Of a stretch of 45,795 bases of DNA, positions 18,843-27,705 are shown piece by piece. Made by a program: the position numbers and the translations under genes. Source of the stretch: Acidobacteriota bacterium (lineage in GTDB: Bacteria; Acidobacteriota; UBA4820; DSQY01); NCBI GenBank assembly GCA_049967655.1, contig JBMFSH010000021.1, positions 1 to 45,795 on the forward strand, in the 5' to 3' direction. How positions within the stretch are numbered: position 1 is the first letter of the stretch; every line of letters starts with the position of its first letter. Under the pieces are notes generated by a model. It ran no database searches. It saw only the letters and a program-made list of their open reading frames with translations, and was not told where the DNA came from.

Positions 18843-19877
18843 ATGAACGGGGAGCGGCTCGTCACGGGTACGGGAGACGCCTTGGAGCGCCAGTGGGAAT
18901 CGGCGCTCCGCCCCCACCGGCTAGTCGACTACGTGGGTCAGCGGAATGTGACCGACAACCTGGCGGTCTTCCTGCAGGCCGCGACGCGGCGCGGCGACGC
19001 CCTGGACCACGTGCTCCTGTACGGCCCGCCCGGCCTGGGCAAGACGACCCTGGCCCACATCATCGCCGCCGAGCTCGGCGTCAGCCTGAGAGCCACCGCT
19101 GGGCCCCTCATCGAGAAGGCTGGAGACCTGGCCGCCCTTCTCACCAACCTGGAACCGAAGGACGTCCTATTCATCGACGAGATCCACCGGCTCTCCCCGG
19201 CCGTCGAAGAGGTGCTCTACCCGGCCCTGGAGGATTTCAAGCTGGACCTTCTGGTGGGGCAGGGCCCAGGGGCCAGGACCATCACCTTGCCTCTTCCGCC
19301 CTTCACCCTCATCGGCGCGACCACCCGGATCGGGCTCCTCACCTCGCCCCTTCGGAACCGGTTCGGCATCACCTTCCACATGGGCTTCTACAGCGTGGAG
19401 GAGCTCCGGACCATTGTCCTTCGCTCCGCCTCACTCCTGGTGGTCCCGCTGGAGGATGCCGCCGCCGAAGAGATCGCCAGGCGCTCCCGCGGGACCCCCA
19501 GGGTGGCCAACCGTCTTCTGCGGCGCCTCCGGGACTACGCCCAGGTCCTCGGCGATGGCCGCATCACCCTGGAACTGGCCCGCGACAGCCTGGAGCGGCT
19601 GGAGGTTGACCGCTACGGCCTGGACGACCTGGACCGGAGGATCCTGCTGGCCATCATCGAGAAATTCGCGGGGGGACCGGTGGGGCTCAACACGCTGGCT
19701 GCCTCCATCAGCGAGGAGAAGGACACGGTGGAGGAGATCTACGAACCCTACCTCATGCAGATCGGATTTCTCGAAAGGACCTCCCGGGGCCGCAAGGTGA
19801 CCCGCCTGGCCTGCGAGCACCTGGGCCGGCGCCTGCACGAAACCGGAGGAGACCTCTTCGCCCGCCCCGCTCCTTGA
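18843..19877 (+). CDS. ruvB: Holliday junction branch migration helicase RuvB
   Basis: [52 protein letters not shown]. Confidence 0.97.
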   Translation: MNGERLVTGTGDALERQWESALRPHRLVDYVGQRNVTDNLAVFLQAATRRGDALDHVLLYGPPGLGKTTLAHIIAAELGVSLRATAGPLIEKAGDLAALLTNLEPKDVLFIDEIHRLSPAVEEVLYPALEDFKLDLLVGQGPGARTITLPLPPFTLIGATTRIGLLTSPLRNRFGITFHMGFYSVEELRTIVLRSASLLVVPLEDAAAEEIARRSRGTPRVANRLLRRLRDYAQVLGDGRITLELARDSLERLEVDRYGLDDLDRRILLAIIEKFAGGPVGLNTLAASISEEKDTVEEIYEPYLMQIGFLERTSRGRKVTRLACEHLGRRLHETGGDLFARPAP

Positions 19878-19902
19878 CACCGCGCGGGCCGGTCCCTACA
19901 CT
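19874..19902 (+). promoter_or_regulatory. sigma70-type promoter overlapping the ruvB stop
   Basis: TTGACA, 17 nt spacer, TACACT. Confidence 0.7.
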
Positions 19903-19940
19903 GCACTTGGTTAGGGCGGACAAAGCTCAAAGGGGGCGCA

Positions 19941-21197
19941 ATGAGCCACGAAGAGCAGATTCGAAGCCTATTGGCCGAGCAATTCGAGAAGCTCCAGAAC
20001 AATCTGGAAAACCTCCGGAGCATGCTGCAGGACTTAGTGCTGGCGGTCCCCTCTCCCCCTGACCCGCAGCGCCTGGCCGCGGTCATTTCCGAAGCCATCC
20101 CGGAACCGGAGCCCGCCCTCCCTCCCGAGCCGCCGCCGCAACCGGCGGCGGTTTCGGCGCCCCTCAACAACTTGCTTCTCTACAGGATGGGCTCCATTGA
20201 ATACGCCGAAAGCCAGGGCGAGATCTTGAACCAACTCGCCAAGGGTATTGAAGACTTCGCCGAACGGGGCGTGCTCTTCGTGGTCCGGGGCGACACCGCG
20301 CAGGCCTGGAACTCCTTCGGCTTCGACGCGGACGAGGCCCGCGGCTGGAAGGTGCAGGTGGACAGGGACCCCATCCTGCAGACGGTGGCGGCCTCCCGCA
20401 CCCGAATGCTGCTCGACAGAACGCTCCCGGCCTTCATTCCGGTTTCGGGCCCCGTCCGCAGGAGCCTCATCTCCCCGCTCCTGCTGAAGGGCAAGATGCT
20501 CGCCTTCGTCTACGCCGATTCTGGAGAGGCGGGGAAACTGGACCATTACAGCGCGGATATCCTGGTGAGGACCGCCTCACTCGTGATCGACATCTTCCCT
20601 CTCAAAGCCAAGCGGGATCCCCTGCCGCCGACCCTCGAAAGCCAGGAGATCATCCTGCCCGGCCAGGAGCCGGCGGTCAAGGCTTCGGAGGAGGCGTTTC
20701 TCTTCGAGGACAGCGGGACCCTGGCCGCCGAGCCGTCCTCCGAGGACCTTCCCGGCAACCAGACCCTGCTGGTGGAGATCCCCAGGGAGGCCATGGCCGA
20801 GGCGCCCGCCGAAGCAGAGGTGGAATCCGAGGAGGTGGTGGAGGAAGCCACCATCGTGGAGGAGGTGCCCGGCGCACCGGAGGTCGAGCCCACGGTCCCC
20901 ACGCCCGAGCTTGAACCGGCACCGCCCGCCGTTTTGCCGGGAGACCAGAAGCTCCACGAAGACGCAAAGCGCTTCGCCCGCCTCCTGGTTCAGGAGATCG
21001 CCCTGTACCATCCCAAAGAGGTGGACCAGGGCAAACGGACGAAGAGTCTGTACTCCCTGCTCAGGGAAGACATCGATCGGAGCCGGGAGGCCTATGACCA
21101 TCGATTCCAGCAACCCTCGGTTCAGGCCCAGGACTACTTCGGCAAGGCCCTCGTCAGCTACTTGGCGGACGGGGACGCCAGCCTCATGGGCACTTAG
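19941..21197 (+). CDS. Coiled-coil + GAF-like + acidic/Pro linker + RomX-like C-terminal domain protein
   Basis: N-terminal heptads; RGVLFVVRG..ISPLLLKGKMLAFVYAD (GAF-like); Glu/Pro-rich linker; AKRFARLLVQEIALY..LREDIDRSREAY helical domain. Confidence 0.7.
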   Translation: MSHEEQIRSLLAEQFEKLQNNLENLRSMLQDLVLAVPSPPDPQRLAAVISEAIPEPEPALPPEPPPQPAAVSAPLNNLLLYRMGSIEYAESQGEILNQLAKGIEDFAERGVLFVVRGDTAQAWNSFGFDADEARGWKVQVDRDPILQTVAASRTRMLLDRTLPAFIPVSGPVRRSLISPLLLKGKMLAFVYADSGEAGKLDHYSADILVRTASLVIDIFPLKAKRDPLPPTLESQEIILPGQEPAVKASEEAFLFEDSGTLAAEPSSEDLPGNQTLLVEIPREAMAEAPAEAEVESEEVVEEATIVEEVPGAPEVEPTVPTPELEPAPPAVLPGDQKLHEDAKRFARLLVQEIALYHPKEVDQGKRTKSLYSLLREDIDRSREAYDHRFQQPSVQAQDYFGKALVSYLADGDASLMGT

Positions 21198-23346
21198 AGC
21201 CGTCGTCGTTCTGCTCCTTCTTCCCCTCACCACGGGCCGCGCCCAGACGCGCCCTGGGGCCGATGTGTGGCGATCTCTCGCCTCCCTGCAAGGCGAGGCC
21301 AGGGTAGAGGCCATCGTGAGGGCCCTGGCTGCCCCGAGAGATCCCTCTGACGCGGGAACTCTGCACCTACTCCTGGGCCGCGCCTACGAGGCGCTGGGCC
21401 AAACGGACTCGGCGATCCAGGCCTACTCGGACGCCTCCGTCCTCTCTTCAAGCCTCTGGGAGTACGGAATAGACTGGGAGGCGCAGCTCCTCGAATGGCA
21501 GGGGCGTTCGGCCCAGGCCCTGCCGCTGTGGCGCCGGCTCTTCGCGGCCACCCCCCAACCCTCCTTCCGGCTGGAGGCGGCTCGGGCCATCTTGGAGGAC
21601 CTGCCGGCCAGAGGAGCCGAGGCCGAGGCCATTCCTTGCGCCGAGGCCCTGCACCGGGCGGCGCCCTCGGACCCCGAATGGACCGCCAAGCTGGCCGTCC
21701 TGTACGAGGATTCGGGCCGCAGGACGGAGGCCGAATCTATGGTTCGCGACCTCTGGACCCACCATGCCGCGAGTAGACAGACCCAGGATTTGCTCTCCCG
21801 GAGGTCCGAATGGAGAGGGTGGGTGGAGCGCCTGCCTCCGGCGGACCAGCTCCTCCATCTGCGGTCTCTCGCAGAGGGTGGGCAGTGGTCCGAGCTTCGC
21901 AGGGAGCTACCGGCCTTCATTCCCTCCTCGCCCTCCGAGGCGGGTTGGCGGCGCTACCTGGCTGGCCGCCTGTTCGAAGCGCGCGGACGAAGGGAAGATG
22001 CAGCGAGGGATTACGCAGGGGTGGAGAACCCTCCGGAGGCAGCGGCGGCGAGCAAGGTGAGGCTCGGGATGCTGGCCGCCGAGGGAGCGCTCTCGGGAAA
22101 GTCGGCGGCGGCGGCCGAGGCCGGCCTTCTCAATCTCCCCGTCGATACGCCCGGGCGGGGCCGCTCCCTCCTCGCCCTCATGCGTCGGTACGACGGCCAG
22201 GGCGACCAAGCGAAGGCCGTGCGGATCGCACAGGCGCTGTTGGCGGGAGGCTTCGGCCAGACGGCCGCCGGCGATTACCTGTATGAGTCCGGATGGGATT
22301 GCGTCATGGCCGGAGAGCGGAACCGCGCGGGCGGCCTCTGGCGGATTCTCGTGAAGGCCCTGCCCCCCTCCAACGATTACCGGAGCGCGGCGGCCTACTC
22401 CCTGATCAGGCTCGGCCTCGTTTCGGGAGAGGAGGCGGCGTCGCTCCGCGCGGACATACTCCACGAGGACCGATATGGGTACTTCGGCTATAGGTTGCGA
22501 GGCGGGCCGCCGGCGCCCGACCAGCCGGCTCCGCCGCCGCCAGCTCCGGCGCCCGCACAGCCGGGAAGCCACGCGGCCAAAGGCTTCGAGCTGCTCCGCT
22601 GCGGGCTCCTTCGGGAGGCTGGGGGAGAATTCGAGATGGCTTCTCGGGCGGCCCAAGACCCCGGCACCCAGTGGGCCATGGCCAGGGCCATGGCCGAGGC
22701 CCGAGACTACTCTGGAGCCATCCGCAACCTCCGCCGGCTCTATCCGAATGCCTTCGGCCAGTCCGGGGACAGCGTCCCCGCGGAAGCCTGGCGGATCCTC
22801 TTCCCCAAGCCCTTCTGGCCCGCAGTAAGAACGGCGGCCAGCACCTTCGACTTGCCGGTTTTCTTCGTCTGCTCGGTGATCCGCCAGGAAAGCCTCTGGA
22901 ACCCCGATGCCCTCTCGGCCTCGGGTGCCGTGGGGCTCATGCAGCTCCTTCCGAGAACAGCCAGGGCGGTGGCCCGAAAATTCGACCTGAAGTACGCCGA
23001 CCTCTCGCGCCTGAGGGATCCCGCGTGGAACGCCTTGGCGGGCTGCGCCTACATGACCGAGATGCTCAAGCGATACGGCGGCCAGGTGCATCTGGCGCTG
23101 GCTGCCTACAACGCCGGCCCCGGGCGGGTGGACGAGTGGCTCCGCCGGCCCGGATGCCCCAAGGACCCCGACCTCTTCATCGAGTCCATACCCTTCCGCG
23201 AAACGCGGTCCTACGTCCGCAGGATTCTCTTGAACCAGTGGGAGTACGGCAGGCTGTATGCGGACGGGACGGGGGCCGCCACCTCCGAGGCGCACCTGTT
23301 GGCGCCGGAAGCCCGGCCAGCCGGGCTCCCCTCCACCACACCCTAG
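21094..23346 (+). CDS. slt: Soluble lytic transglycosylase (Slt70-like, TPR + SLT domain)
   Basis: IRQES (catalytic Glu), GAVGLMQL, ALAAYNAGPGRV, IESIPFRETRSYV. The start is uncertain; ATG 21094 keeps the hydrophobic signal segment. Confidence 0.85.
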   Translation: MTIDSSNPRFRPRTTSARPSSATWRTGTPASWALRAVVVLLLLPLTTGRAQTRPGADVWRSLASLQGEARVEAIVRALAAPRDPSDAGTLHLLLGRAYEALGQTDSAIQAYSDASVLSSSLWEYGIDWEAQLLEWQGRSAQALPLWRRLFAATPQPSFRLEAARAILEDLPARGAEAEAIPCAEALHRAAPSDPEWTAKLAVLYEDSGRRTEAESMVRDLWTHHAASRQTQDLLSRRSEWRGWVERLPPADQLLHLRSLAEGGQWSELRRELPAFIPSSPSEAGWRRYLAGRLFEARGRREDAARDYAGVENPPEAAAASKVRLGMLAAEGALSGKSAAAAEAGLLNLPVDTPGRGRSLLALMRRYDGQGDQAKAVRIAQALLAGGFGQTAAGDYLYESGWDCVMAGERNRAGGLWRILVKALPPSNDYRSAAAYSLIRLGLVSGEEAASLRADILHEDRYGYFGYRLRGGPPAPDQPAPPPPAPAPAQPGSHAAKGFELLRCGLLREAGGEFEMASRAAQDPGTQWAMARAMAEARDYSGAIRNLRRLYPNAFGQSGDSVPAEAWRILFPKPFWPAVRTAASTFDLPVFFVCSVIRQESLWNPDALSASGAVGLMQLLPRTARAVARKFDLKYADLSRLRDPAWNALAGCAYMTEMLKRYGGQVHLALAAYNAGPGRVDEWLRRPGCPKDPDLFIESIPFRETRSYVRRILLNQWEYGRLYADGTGAATSEAHLLAPEARPAGLPSTTP

Positions 23347-23394
23347 CCGCAGGCGGGAGACTTTCATGCGAACGGCGACGGCGGCGCCCCTGAA

Positions 23395-24345
23395 GTGAAT
23401 AACCTTCTCCTGCTGGGCACGGCGCTTTCGCTCCTCGGAGAGGCCTTCTTCTCGGGCACCGAGATCGCGCTGCTGAACGCAAGCCCGGCGCTCGTCTACC
23501 GGAAGGCGCGCCGGGGGGACTGGAGGGCGCGGCGCCTCATCGGGTTCTTCAGGAAACCCGACTACTGGCTGGCCGCCACGGTGCTGGGCACCAACCTCTG
23601 TGTGGTCTCGGGCGCCTTCTTCGCCCAGAGCTGGGCCGCTCGGGGACCGGGATGGCTCCTCCCCGTGACGGGGATGGGCCTCGTTCTGGCCGTGCTGCTG
23701 TTCGGCGAGATACTCCCCAAGCTCCTCCTGCGCCCCGTCGCCACGGGGTGGTCGCTGGGCGTGGTGCCCGTGCTGCTCATCCTCCTCGTGCCAGCGGCCC
23801 CGCTGGGAGGCCTGCTGCGTCTGCTGACCACGGGGTTGCGCGGAGGGCGCGCCATGGGCGGCCGCGGGACACTTCCGTGGGCCTCCCGCGACGAGCTGAT
23901 CAGGGTCTTCTCGGCCCGCCTGCGCCACGCCGATACGGTTCGGACGCTGGCCAAGGGGATCCTGGCCCGGTTCCACGAGCCCGCTGGGTCTCTCATGACG
24001 CCGGTGGAGTCCATTCCCGTTCTCCCCTTTCCTTCCGCCTCGAAGGTGTGGAGGTCCAGGCTGGCCGAGGCGGCAGGAGGACCGCTCCGGGTGGTGGACC
24101 GGGGCGGCAAGCTCCTCGCCCTCGCCCGTCCTTCGGATCTGTTGGGCCTGGACCCGGGTGGGCCGCCCCCCCGCCCTTGGCCCGCGCCTCCCGCCACCGT
24201 GCCCGCTGCCACTCCCCTGAGCGAGCTCCTGTGCCTGCTCCGAGACTCCGGGTGCACGTGGGCGGCCCTCACAGAGAAGGGCGGGACGGTGGGCGTCCTG
24301 TCGCTTGAGGAGCTGCCGGCCGACCTCCTCCAGGCCGGACCTTGA
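23395..24345 (+). CDS. CNNM/DUF21 transmembrane + degenerate CBS protein (CorB/hemolysin family)
   Basis: AFFSGTEIAL, TVLGTN, LFGEILPK, MTPVESI. Confidence 0.8.
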   Translation: MNNLLLLGTALSLLGEAFFSGTEIALLNASPALVYRKARRGDWRARRLIGFFRKPDYWLAATVLGTNLCVVSGAFFAQSWAARGPGWLLPVTGMGLVLAVLLFGEILPKLLLRPVATGWSLGVVPVLLILLVPAAPLGGLLRLLTTGLRGGRAMGGRGTLPWASRDELIRVFSARLRHADTVRTLAKGILARFHEPAGSLMTPVESIPVLPFPSASKVWRSRLAEAAGGPLRVVDRGGKLLALARPSDLLGLDPGGPPPRPWPAPPATVPAATPLSELLCLLRDSGCTWAALTEKGGTVGVLSLEELPADLLQAGP

Positions 24346-24377
24346 CCTCGACCCATCCCCGAAACCCCTCGCCCCGC

Positions 24378-24406
24378 TTGACATGCGGCCCTTTCCCTGG
24401 TATTCT
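24378..24406 (+). promoter_or_regulatory. sigma70 promoter of the tRNA-Val-thrS operon
   Basis: TTGACA, 17 nt spacer, TATTCT, followed by a GC-rich discriminator-like stretch. Confidence 0.8.
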
Positions 24407-24418
24407 CGTGGCTCCCGT

Positions 24419-24494
24419 AGGCGCGTAGCTCAGATGGGAGAGCGCTACCTTGACACGGTAGAGGTCAGCGGTTCGATCCCGCTCGCGCCTACCA
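24419..24494 (+). tRNA. tRNA-Val (GAC)
   Basis: Acceptor AGGCGCG/CGCGCCT + ACCA; D arm GCTC..GAGC; anticodon arm CTACC-TTGACAC-GGTAG; T loop GGTTCGATCC; 76 nt. Confidence 0.97.
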
Positions 24495-24515
24495 TTTTCA
24501 TTTTTGGAGGCCACG

Positions 24516-26447
24516 GTGCCCGAGATCCGCGTGACGCTGCCCGACGGAACCAGCAGGCTCTTTCCCTCGGGGGTTACGCCGCAGCAGGTGGGAGAGAGCA
24601 TCTCCCCGCGGCTTGCCGCCGCCAGCCTCGCCGCCAAGAGCGACGGCGGGCTCGTGGACGTGTACCGGCCGCTCGACCACGACTGCACCCTGGAGCTCAT
24701 CACGGAGCGCTCTCCGGACGCGCTTGGGATCTACCGCCACACCTGCGCCCACCTCATGGCCAACGCCGTGAAGGAGCTCTTCCCCGAAGCGAAGATCGCC
24801 ATCGGGCCCGTGATCGAGGAGGGCTTTTATTACGACTTCGACCGCGACGCGCCCTTCACGCCGGAGGACCTCGAACGGATCGAGGCGCGCATGCGCGAGA
24901 TCATCGCCCGCGACACCCCGATCCGTCGGCAGGAGCTCCCCTGGCAGGAGGCCAAGGCGCTCTTCGACCGACAGCAAGAACCATACAAATCCGAGCTGGC
25001 CTACGAACGCGGCCAGAACGAGCCGGTCTCCATTTACCGCCAGGGCGACTTCGATGATTTCTGCCGCGGGCCCCACCTGCCGAGCACGGGACGGATCAAG
25101 CCCGACACCTTCAAGCTCCTCTCCGTGGCTGGCGCCTACTGGAAGGGCGACGAACACAACAAGATGCTCCAGAGGATCTACGCCACGGCCTTCCTCTCCC
25201 GCAAAGAGCTGGAGGAGCACCTGAAGCGGCTGGAGCAGGCCAAGGCCCGCGACCACCGGAAGCTCGGCCGGGATCTCGGCCTGTTCATGCTCCACCCCTG
25301 GGCGCCCGCCTCCCCCTTCTTCACGGCCAAGGGCGCCACCGTCTACAACGAGCTCGTGGAGCTGATGAGGGAGTTCTATCGGGAGTACGGCTACCAGGAG
25401 GTCATCACGCCCCAGGTCTTCGACGTGGAGCTCTGGAAGCGGTCCGGGCACTACGAGCACTACCGCGAGAACATGTTCCTGGCCGAGATCGACGAGCGGG
25501 AATTCGGCCTCAAGCCCATGAACTGCCCGGGCCATTGCCTGCTCTACGGCAGCGAGAGCCACTCCTACCGCGAGCTGCCCCTGAGGATCGCCGACTTCGG
25601 CCGCCTGCACCGCTACGAGCGCTCGGGCGTCACCCAGGGGCTCACGCGCGTCCGCTCATTCGCGCAGGACGACGCCCACATCTTCTGTCGGCCCGAGCAG
25701 ATCGAGTCGGAGATCCGCTCGCTCTTCGAACTGATCCGTCGCACCTACGAGATCTTCGGCTTCAGCGATCCGCACGTCTACTTCTCCACGCGCCCCGAGA
25801 ACTCGGTGGGATCGGACGAGATCTGGCAGCGGGCCGAGGCGGCGCTCGACAGCATCCTGAAGGCCCAGGGGGCCGCCTTCACCGTAAACCCGGGCGACGG
25901 GGCCTTCTACGGACCGAAGATCGATTTCGTGGTCAAGGACGCCATCGGGCGGGAGTGGCAGCTCGCGACCATACAGCTCGACTTCAACCTGCCCGAGAGG
26001 TTCGAGTTGAGCTATACGGGGCCCGAGAACGCGCCCGAGAGGCCGGTCATGATCCACCGGGCCATCATGGGGTCCATCGAACGGTTCATGGGGGTGCTCA
26101 TCGAGCACTTCGCCGGGGCCTTTCCGCTCTGGCTGGCCCCAGAACAGGTCAGGCTCCTTCCCATCGCGGACCGACATATGGCATACTCCGAGGTTGTGGC
26201 CTCCCGCCTGCGGGGGGCCGGGTTGCGGGTGACGGTGGACGCCCGCCCCGAGAAGATCGGGTACAAGGTTCGCGAGGCCCAGCTGCTGAAGGTTCCCTAT
26301 ATGCTGGTGATCGGGGACCGAGAGCAGGAAACGGCGAGCGTTTCCCTGCGGACTCGCTCGGCCGGGGACCGGGGGAGCATGGTTGTGGAAACCTTTGTTG
26401 AGATGGCTCTCCGGCTGGTGGAGAGCCGATCCCTGGAACTGGAGTAG
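24516..26447 (+). CDS. thrS: Threonine--tRNA ligase
   Basis: TGS domain, HTCAH, DFCRGPH, RDHRKLG, KPMNCPGH, GAFYGPKID, MIHRA, anticodon-binding domain. GTG follows a GGAGG SD. Confidence 0.98.
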   Translation: MPEIRVTLPDGTSRLFPSGVTPQQVGESISPRLAAASLAAKSDGGLVDVYRPLDHDCTLELITERSPDALGIYRHTCAHLMANAVKELFPEAKIAIGPVIEEGFYYDFDRDAPFTPEDLERIEARMREIIARDTPIRRQELPWQEAKALFDRQQEPYKSELAYERGQNEPVSIYRQGDFDDFCRGPHLPSTGRIKPDTFKLLSVAGAYWKGDEHNKMLQRIYATAFLSRKELEEHLKRLEQAKARDHRKLGRDLGLFMLHPWAPASPFFTAKGATVYNELVELMREFYREYGYQEVITPQVFDVELWKRSGHYEHYRENMFLAEIDEREFGLKPMNCPGHCLLYGSESHSYRELPLRIADFGRLHRYERSGVTQGLTRVRSFAQDDAHIFCRPEQIESEIRSLFELIRRTYEIFGFSDPHVYFSTRPENSVGSDEIWQRAEAALDSILKAQGAAFTVNPGDGAFYGPKIDFVVKDAIGREWQLATIQLDFNLPERFELSYTGPENAPERPVMIHRAIMGSIERFMGVLIEHFAGAFPLWLAPEQVRLLPIADRHMAYSEVVASRLRGAGLRVTVDARPEKIGYKVREAQLLKVPYMLVIGDREQETASVSLRTRSAGDRGSMVVETFVEMALRLVESRSLELE

Positions 26448-26456
26448 GAGGCAGCT

Positions 26457-26981
26457 ATCCGAGACGCAACAGCCAGAGGACCGAGGTTGAATCGGCAGAT
26501 CCGGGTTCGGGAGATCCGGGTCATCGATGAAGACGGGGCCCAGCTCGGCATCATGACGCCCGATGAGGCGTTGGTCATGGCGGAGGCCAAGGGGCTGGAC
26601 CTGGTGGAGATTGCGCCCACCGCCCAGCCGCCGGTGTGCCGGATCATCGATTACGGCAAGTTCCTTTACGACGAGAAGAAGAAGGCGCAAGAGGCGCGAA
26701 AGAAGCAGAAGCAGGTCGTCGTCAAGGAAATCAAGCTGAGGCCGAAGATCGAAGAGCACGACTTCCAGGTGAAGAAACGGCGGATCGAAGAATTCCTGGA
26801 AGACGGGGACAAGGTCAAGATCACGGTCCGCTTCCGGGGGCGCGAGATCGTCCACCCGGAATTGGCGCAGAGGCTGCTGACCCGAATCGCCACAGAGGTC
26901 GTTCAGAAGGGCAAAATCGAGCGGGCCCCCGGGATGGAGGGCCGCATGATGACGATGCTGCTCACGCCCACGAAGAAGTAG
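26457..26981 (+). CDS. infC: Translation initiation factor IF-3 (non-canonical ATC start)
   Basis: NRQIRVREIRVI, LDLVEIAP..PPVCRIIDYGK, VRFRGRE. In-frame ATC 5 nt after GGAGG. Confidence 0.95.
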   Translation: MRDATARGPRLNRQIRVREIRVIDEDGAQLGIMTPDEALVMAEAKGLDLVEIAPTAQPPVCRIIDYGKFLYDEKKKAQEARKKQKQVVVKEIKLRPKIEEHDFQVKKRRIEEFLEDGDKVKITVRFRGREIVHPELAQRLLTRIATEVVQKGKIERAPGMEGRMMTMLLTPTKK

Positions 26982-27003
26982 GCAACGCGGGAGGTTGATA
27001 TCC

Positions 27004-27198
27004 ATGCAGAAGAAGAAGACCAACCGGGCCGCCGCCAAGCGGTTCAAGCTGACCGGCACGGGAAAGATCAAGCGGGGCAAGGCCTACCACCGGCATATCT
27101 TGACCTCCAAGGATCGCAAGCGCAAGAACCGCCTCGGCACCGCGGACCTCGTTGACAAGGCCGACGTCCGCAAGGTCAAGCGGCTGATCGCGAAGTAA
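27004..27198 (+). CDS. rpmI: 50S ribosomal protein L35
   Basis: KTNRAAAKRFKLTGTGKIKR..HILT; canonical position. Confidence 0.97.
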   Translation: MQKKKTNRAAAKRFKLTGTGKIKRGKAYHRHILTSKDRKRKNRLGTADLVDKADVRKVKRLIAK

Positions 27199-27222
27199 GT
27201 CCACTCGTTGAGGAGTTGAACC

Positions 27223-27579
27223 ATGCCTAGAGTCCGCCGCGGCCATCACAAGGTTGAGCGCCGCAAGAAGCTGAAAGGTATCGCCAAGGGTTACTTCGGC
27301 GCGAAGAGCCGCCTCTACCGCTCCGTCAAGGAGCAGGTGGAGCGGTCCCTGGTCTTCGCCTTCGCGGGGCGCAAGGTCAAGAAGATCGACTTCCGCCGCC
27401 TTTGGATCGTCCGCATCAACGCGGGCTGCCGCCAGAACGGAATCAGCTACAGCCGATTCATGGACGGCCTCAAGAAAGCGGGCCTCAACCTCGACAGGAA
27501 ATCGCTCGCCGGCGTCGCCCTCACCGATCCCCAGGCCTTCGCCAGCCTGGTCGAACGCGCCAAGAAGGCCATTGCCTAA
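27223..27579 (+). CDS. rplT: 50S ribosomal protein L20
   Basis: MPRVRRG, AKGYFG, FRRLWIVRINA, LDRKSLA. Confidence 0.98.
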   Translation: MPRVRRGHHKVERRKKLKGIAKGYFGAKSRLYRSVKEQVERSLVFAFAGRKVKKIDFRRLWIVRINAGCRQNGISYSRFMDGLKKAGLNLDRKSLAGVALTDPQAFASLVERAKKAIA

Positions 27580-27596
27580 AGACTTTGAAGGGGCCG

Positions 27597-27640
27597 AGGG
27601 CGTCGGCGCCGTCCGCGCCGGCGCTCTTTTCTCCTTCTTT
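27597..27640 (+). terminator. Intrinsic terminator after rplT
   Basis: 13-bp stem AGGGCGTCGGCGC/GCGCCGGCGCTCT (2 G-U pairs), 5-nt loop, then TTTCTCCTTCTTT. Confidence 0.75.
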
Positions 27641-27705
27641 CCCGCCACCTTGAACTCCCGCTCGTCCACCTTTCCGCGCCGACCGATTGCCGGTAAAATT
27701 CAGCC

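Noticed and set aside
24495..24515. T-box or operator control of thrS; integration at the tRNA 3' end
   Set aside because: Only 21 nt separate the tRNA and thrS. No integrase and no duplicated tRNA 3' end in the window.
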